From an uncultured Pseudomonadota bacterium (GTDB lineage: Bacteria; Oederibacteriota; Muellerivitia; Muellerivitales; Muellerivitaceae), in NCBI GenBank assembly GCA_963770835.1, contig CAVYRH010000019.1, positions 96,001-160,000 on the forward strand: 64,000 nt of DNA. Reading direction: 5' to 3'. The translations under genes were made by a program, and so were the position numbers. Within the stretch, counting starts at the first letter, position 1, and the number at the start of each line of letters is the position of its first letter. The notes below the pieces were generated by a model. It searched no databases. It saw nothing but the letters and a program-made list of their open reading frames with translations, and was not told where the DNA came from. Positions 58,802 to 64,000 of the stretch are shown one piece after another.

Positions 58802-60601
58802 TTCGATCTCATTCCGATTTATGTCGGAATGAGATCGAAACTGCATCTTGTACAGCTTCGCGTAAAGACCGCGCTTGTTGAGAAGGACGCTGTGCTTCCC
58901 CTGCTCGGCAATCTTTCCCTTGTCGATGACCAAAATGCGGTCCGCCTTCCGCACCGTGGAGAGCCGGTGGGCAATGACAAGCGTGGTGCGGTGGCCCATG
59001 AGTTCGTTGATGGCCTTCTGCACCAGGTGCTCGCTTTCGGTGTCCAGGGCGGAAGTGGCCTCGTCCAGGATCAGGACGGGCGGGTTTTTCAGGATGGCAC
59101 GGGCGATGGCCAGCCTTTGGCGTTGGCCCCCGGAAAGCTTGATTCCCCGCTCGCCGATCAGGGTATTGAACCCTTGGGGCGTGTTCTGGATGAATTCCTT
59201 GGCATAGGCGGCTTTGGCGGCTTCCTGCACATCCCAGAAGCTGGCCCCAGGGCGCCCATAGGCGATGTTTTTCAGGATGGAATCGTGAAAAAGGATGGTT
59301 TCCTGGGTCACGATTCCGATGTGGGACCTCAGGGAAGCAAGCTTGACCTGGGTGATGTCTTGCCCGTCCCAAAGGATTTGGCCCGAAGTGAGCTGATAAA
59401 AACGCGGAATGAGGTCGGCCAGGGTGCTTTTGCCCCCGCCAGATGGCCCCACCAGGGCTACCACTTCACCCTTTTCAATCTTGAAGGAAATGTTCTTGAG
59501 GACGGGGTGTCCCGGCACATACTCAAAATTCACGTTCTTGAATTCGATGGCTTTTTTTAGGGGTTTCACCTCCTCCGCACCCTTCATGTCCATCATGGGG
59601 TCGGGGATATCCAAGATCTCAAAGCAGCGTTCCGCCGAGGCCATGGCCTGCTGGAGCTGGGACCAAAGTCCATTAAAGTTCTTGAGCTGGGGATAGAGCG
59701 TGGCGGCCATGGCGAAGAAGGAGGTGAAAATGCCGATGTTGACGTTTTGTTCCAGGAGGGACCGGTGGGCCACCCAGGCCAACAATGTCAACAGGGCCAC
59801 GGTGGTGATGAATTCTACTAGGGGCGAGGATGCCACGAAGGCCCTGATCCTCCGCAGGACGACCGCGAAATAACTGGCGTTGGTGGCTTCGAATTTCTTC
59901 TTCTCATGATTCTCCATTCCGAAGGCCTTGACCACGCGGATACCGGCCAAGGTTTCATGGATTTGGGCGTTCATGTCCGCCAAGAACTGCTGGCTTTCCC
60001 CGGAAGCGTGCCGGATGCGGCGGCCGAAGTAGAAGATGGGGCCCAAGGCCAGCGGGAAAACCACGAAGGCCGCCAGGGCCAACTGCCAGTCGGTATAAAC
60101 CATGAATCCCACCAGGGCCAGGGTCGTAATGATGGCGGAAATCCCCTGCCCCACCACGTTGGTGACCGAATCCTCCAACACCTGCACGTCGTTGGTAATG
60201 CGGGCGGCCAATCCCCCGGTCCGCTGGGAATTGAAATAAGCCATGGGCATAGTGAGGAAATGGCCGTAAAGATGGTTGCGTAATTTTTGGACAACCACTT
60301 GGGCCAACTGGCGCATGAAATAATCCTTGCCGTAGCCGGAGGCGCTGCGCACGATCGCGGCGAAAAAAGTGACAGGAATCACAAAATAAAGCAGGTGCTG
60401 GTAGGCGCCCTGGGGGTCGGGGCTTTTCAGGAAGGTCAGGTTCATGATGGGTTCCAGCTGGCGCATGACAATGCCGGTGCTCCCGGCCCAAAGCACCATG
60501 CAAAGGAGGGTGAAAAGGGACCGGCCGATGTGATCGTTCAAGTAATGGAGGAGCCGAAGGTAAAGTTTAAAGGAGCTTTTGGGGGCGGCCGTGGCGGTCA
60601 T
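58799..60601 (-). CDS. msbA: MsbA-like lipid A ABC exporter
   Basis: TM domain plus NBD (GPSGGGKST, LSGGQRQR, ILDEATSALD, AHRLS) in an LPS gene context. ATG 60601. Confidence 0.85.
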   Translation of the reverse strand: MTATAAPKSSFKLYLRLLHYLNDHIGRSLFTLLCMVLWAGSTGIVMRQLEPIMNLTFLKSPDPQGAYQHLLYFVIPVTFFAAIVRSASGYGKDYFMRQLAQVVVQKLRNHLYGHFLTMPMAYFNSQRTGGLAARITNDVQVLEDSVTNVVGQGISAIITTLALVGFMVYTDWQLALAAFVVFPLALGPIFYFGRRIRHASGESQQFLADMNAQIHETLAGIRVVKAFGMENHEKKKFEATNASYFAVVLRRIRAFVASSPLVEFITTVALLTLLAWVAHRSLLEQNVNIGIFTSFFAMAATLYPQLKNFNGLWSQLQQAMASAERCFEILDIPDPMMDMKGAEEVKPLKKAIEFKNVNFEYVPGHPVLKNISFKIEKGEVVALVGPSGGGKSTLADLIPRFYQLTSGQILWDGQDITQVKLASLRSHIGIVTQETILFHDSILKNIAYGRPGASFWDVQEAAKAAYAKEFIQNTPQGFNTLIGERGIKLSGGQRQRLAIARAILKNPPVLILDEATSALDTESEHLVQKAINELMGHRTTLVIAHRLSTVRKADRILVIDKGKIAEQGKHSVLLNKRGLYAKLYKMQFRSHSDINRNEIE

Positions 60602-60740
60602 GAACTTTCCTTGAAACGAAAAAGGCCCGAACGAGGGTCCGGGCTCTTTAAGTGGGGCCATTTTAACATTTTTGAAAGTTTTCAGCTAAAGATTGAAAAC
60701 TTCCTTAAATTAAAGTTAAACATTCAAAATTTATAAACTG

Positions 60741-61817
60741 TCATTTATTGGCCTGGACATCGATGGAAATTTTGGACATTTCAGGATCGTTGGTAGAGAC
60801 CTCCACCTCGTCCTTTCCATCGCTGTCCTTGGGAATGTTTTTCAACACCGAAACCGACAGGGCATATTGGTCCACGCCGTTCACATTGGTCCTCACAACC
60901 GAGGGCCGCACCAAATGCTTGAGGGAATGGACGCTCCGTATGGCGAAACTCTTCGGGTTGTCCACCGTAAAGGTGACGGTCACGGGCATGTCCTGGTGGG
61001 GCGCGAAACTCAGGGTCTTGGGCTGGTATTGGACGGGCCCGACCACCTCACCCATCACAGGCACCGTCACTTCGGGCTTCTTGGCGTTGTTCGTTTTGAT
61101 CGAAATACTATCCGTGAAGCTTCCGATCGCCAGGGTAACGGGCACGTCCACTTGGATGGTGGCTCCGCTGCGGTTGGTGGAATCGTCCTTGTAAGGCGTC
61201 ACGCTGGTCACCGTCACCACATTGCCGGTGGAGACCGCCGAGAGGACTTGCAGGTCTTCCCCCGCCTTGCCCAAGACTTTCAGGGTGCTGGGGTGGGCTT
61301 GTCCATGCTTGATGTTATAAAGATAAAGCCGGTCGGGTTGTAGGTCGACGTCCCGTTCCACCGTCATGTCGAGTTGGAGCTGGAAACCGGGGTTGGCCGG
61401 GTCATTGCAGGAAACGGTGATGAACTTGGTAGCATGGCCGGGCCTGCCGTTGGTGTGGTAGGTGGCGACGATGTTGTCGAATCCGCCGGGGGGAATCACG
61501 GCGGTAAACCCTTGGGCCTTATCCTCGGGTGGGACGGGGTATTTGCTCCCCGCCACGGCGGCCGTGCAGCCGCAGGAAGTGGAAACGCTCTTGATCTTCA
61601 GTGTGCCTTTTCCCCTGTTCACAACACGGAACTTATGAACGATATCCGGCCCCTCGTCCACGTTGCCGAAGTCGAACTTGGGCTTGCCACAGGTAATTTG
61701 GGGCGCATGGGCTTTGTCCACTGTGGGCGTGGGAGCGGAACCCGTCGTACCAGCCGCCTGGGCCAGGGCCAGGGTGGGCATCATTAAAAAAGCCAAGATC
61801 CGGTAAGAAAATTTCAT
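60741..61817 (-). CDS. Secreted DUF1573-domain protein
   Basis: Signal peptide; FDFG.V..G....H.F...N.G...L.I..V..SCGCT; Ig-like repeats. Confidence 0.82.
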   Translation of the reverse strand: MKFSYRILAFLMMPTLALAQAAGTTGSAPTPTVDKAHAPQITCGKPKFDFGNVDEGPDIVHKFRVVNRGKGTLKIKSVSTSCGCTAAVAGSKYPVPPEDKAQGFTAVIPPGGFDNIVATYHTNGRPGHATKFITVSCNDPANPGFQLQLDMTVERDVDLQPDRLYLYNIKHGQAHPSTLKVLGKAGEDLQVLSAVSTGNVVTVTSVTPYKDDSTNRSGATIQVDVPVTLAIGSFTDSISIKTNNAKKPEVTVPVMGEVVGPVQYQPKTLSFAPHQDMPVTVTFTVDNPKSFAIRSVHSLKHLVRPSVVRTNVNGVDQYALSVSVLKNIPKDSDGKDEVEVSTNDPEMSKISIDVQANK

Positions 61818-62015
61818 ACAAAAACCTCCAAGAGTGCCGATTAACGGAATTACCGTTGTTACGTCGTTCCGCCCGTCCCCGGGGGAGCGACTATCCTAAT
61901 TTTTCCGGGGTTCTTTTACCATAAATAAGTGGTGGATGAAAAGGGGGAAGATCATGGAGCCCTAGGGGCGGGGCCCATAGTACCGGGGCCACTAAGTCCT
62001 TCCGTTGGTATAAAT

Positions 62016-62900
62016 TTAAAGAACTCCCCCGAAAAAGGCCAGGCCCAAGGCAAACCAGACCAAACGTCCGTGCCAACTGGGGTCCATCATGTATTTCCGA
62101 AAGGCTTCCCAGCCATAACCGGCCATCCAAACGAGAACCCACTTGATAATTTCCACTTCCAATTCCGAAACGTAATTCCCGCCGCCCCAAAAGAGGAATC
62201 CGGCGGTCAAAAGAAACAGCGGGGACAGAACGTGACGAAAGGTCCCTTTCCACTTTGGGTCGAAGGCCACCAACCCCAGCCAGCCCAATAAAAAAAAGGA
62301 AAAAAAGCGGCTTCCAACCATTAGGTCATAAAGGTCAAGCCAGAAGTACTGGAGGTAAACCCAACCCTTGAAGGCAAGGAAAAAGCCCAGGCCCGCGGCC
62401 AATCCCCCCCATCGTACCCAGGCAGCGTTCTGGAACCGCTTGGCGGGCGCCGTTAAAAAGGCCAGGGGAAGGAGAAAGGAAAATTTGAAGAGCCAAATGA
62501 GGGCGGCCCAAACCAGCACCAAAGGCAGGAGGAGCTTTTTCCCGTCGGGCAGGGCCAGGATGAGGATTTCCGCCCCCAAGAAAAGGACCAGCCAAACCCA
62601 GTAACGGTACTCGAACATAGCGCACAGGTCCCACTGAAAGCGGGAAACGGCCAGCCAGGAAAGCGGGAACATCCCGAGGAAATAAAAGCCGCGGAGGCGG
62701 GAAAGCGTGTAAAGGAGGGCTGCCTCCGACAACAAAACGATCCCCTTAGCGAAAATCAGTCCCGAGAGGGGCGTGCCACTGGCGACGTGGGTGTATTGCT
62801 CTCCAATCCACAGGCCCAAGGCGGGAACCAGCCAAATCCAATTCAAGTGGGGGATGATGGAATCCGGCAGGAAACCCGGAAGGACTTTCGTTTTTTTCAC
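62016..62900 (-). CDS. Hypothetical polytopic membrane protein
   Basis: Highly hydrophobic and Trp/Leu/Phe-rich; probable GTG start at 62900. Confidence 0.7.
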   Translation of the reverse strand: MKKTKVLPGFLPDSIIPHLNWIWLVPALGLWIGEQYTHVASGTPLSGLIFAKGIVLLSEAALLYTLSRLRGFYFLGMFPLSWLAVSRFQWDLCAMFEYRYWVWLVLFLGAEILILALPDGKKLLLPLVLVWAALIWLFKFSFLLPLAFLTAPAKRFQNAAWVRWGGLAAGLGFFLAFKGWVYLQYFWLDLYDLMVGSRFFSFFLLGWLGLVAFDPKWKGTFRHVLSPLFLLTAGFLFWGGGNYVSELEVEIIKWVLVWMAGYGWEAFRKYMMDPSWHGRLVWFALGLAFFGGVL

Positions 62901-63027
62901 CGGCAGATTGTAACAAGCGGGATATTTTTTCCAAAGTCCATTCAACGTCCAAGCGGGGGGGTGCTTGGAATTTCCGGGGCCCCAATTTATTTTGATTTTA
63001 AGACGAACCCAAGGTTAAGATAACACT

Positions 63028-64000
63028 ATGTTCCCGCGACGCCTTTGGGCCATCCTCGCCCTATTTTTCCTCGCCGCTCCCCTCCGGGCCCAAGACGCCC
63101 ACAGCATGGGCATCGGCGGGGCGGCTACGGCGGCCCCCATGGGCATATTCGGGATTTATTGGAACCCTTCAATTCTCGCGATGCCCAGCGGATCTCCATC
63201 CGGGTGGACCTTCGCCTCCGGCTTTTCCGCCTTCGACACCAGCAATTCCGGCCAACCCATCATCCATTTCCAGCCAAGCAATGCCCTTCAATCCACCCAG
63301 GACCCCATCCAGCGTTACCAACAATACCTTGGGCTTTTCGGGGTGAAATATCTCAACGCCGCCGGCGGGGTGGTTTACGACCAGGAGTTCAACTATCTAG
63401 CTTCCCAAGGCGCCCTGCAGTTTTTTAATGACAGGAACAATAGAAATCTCTCAACGTCCCCCTACAACCTCAACTTCCAGCAAACCAACCAGCAAATCGC
63501 CAATTTAGTGCTCAGTTTGGGCATGCCTCTTCCCATCGGCAACCTGCAAATGTTTACCGTCGGAGCAAGCCTTAAGTACCACGACGGGTTGTGGTACCAG
63601 CAGACTTCGCTGACCGGCACTTACACCCAGGGAACTCCCGGCGGCTATACCTACACGAAAACAACCTCGAATACAGGGCTGGGCTTGAGCATCGACGGAG
63701 GTTTGCTGGCCAAATTCACTGACGCCCTGCAGGTCGGTTTGATGTTAGAGAACTTAACCTCCAACTTCACTTGGCAGGCCACCCAGCAGAATTACCAATT
63801 GGATTCCTCTGGCACCGAGTCCCCCTTAGGGCCCTCCCAAAGTGTGACCATCTCCGCGCCTTTCCCTTATGCCACTAAATTGGGCCTGATATTCACCCCA
63901 CCGGGCAATAACGTGGGCGTGGAAGGGCAAGTGTCCTGGTCCGAGCATCAAACCCGCTGGAGCGCCGGATTGGAACACTTTTACCCGGAGTCCCACCTAA
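63028..64000 (+). CDS. Outer-membrane beta-barrel of the PorV/FadL-like family (runs off the window)
   Basis: Manual translation: MFPRRLWAILALFFLAAPLRA|QDAHSMGIGGAATA...IYWNPS...VGASLKY...GLGLSIDGGLL; no in-frame stop before the window end. Confidence 0.75.
   Translation, partial: MFPRRLWAILALFFLAAPLRAQDAHSMGIGGAATAAPMGIFGIYWNPSILAMPSGSPSGWTFASGFSAFDTSNSGQPIIHFQPSNALQSTQDPIQRYQQYLGLFGVKYLNAAGGVVYDQEFNYLASQGALQFFNDRNNRNLSTSPYNLNFQQTNQQIANLVLSLGMPLPIGNLQMFTVGASLKYHDGLWYQQTSLTGTYTQGTPGGYTYTKTTSNTGLGLSIDGGLLAKFTDALQVGLMLENLTSNFTWQATQQNYQLDSSGTESPLGPSQSVTISAPFPYATKLGLIFTPPGNNVGVEGQVSWSEHQTRWSAGLEHFYPESHL

Overview
A 64-kb chromosomal segment of an LPS-producing (diderm) bacterium. Its Thr-Pro/Thr-Ala-rich secreted proteins with FlgD-Ig/CTD-like C-termini resemble those of candidate phyla such as FCPU426/Goldbacteria; this is an unverified inference. 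The left 15 kb is accessory: the 3' end of a Gly-rich secreted protein gene, a hairpin-rich ~800-bp non-coding stretch, a complete IS1595-family element (24-bp perfect TIRs, 8-bp TSD), a Lnu/ANT-like nucleotidyltransferase, an XRE-HTH-PilZ fusion, and a two-gene surface-protein locus with a 2996-aa protein whose ~2200-aa (Thr-X)n stalk is largely built from 348-nt units. The rest is core, mostly on the minus strand: bioB, ilvE, LPS genes (five GT9 paralogs, lpxK, waaA, lpxB, kdsA, kdsB, gmhA, gmhB, split hldE domains, msbA-like), trpE, trpG, hisDCBHAF and hisI, murA, rnpB, RNase H and pyrG. The window ends in a partial PorV/FadL-like barrel gene. Main non-obvious observations: (1) a 19-aa, two-Trp leader ORF overlapping the hisI stop codon, followed by competing hairpins ahead of trpE; (2) about ten small elements with 7-10-nt periodic arms, often inverted, at gene junctions of core operons; (3) a tandem pair of unknown ~90-aa paralogs coupled to hisF; (4) an unannotated 50-aa Zn-ribbon microprotein; (5) recurrent signatures of leaderless transcription.
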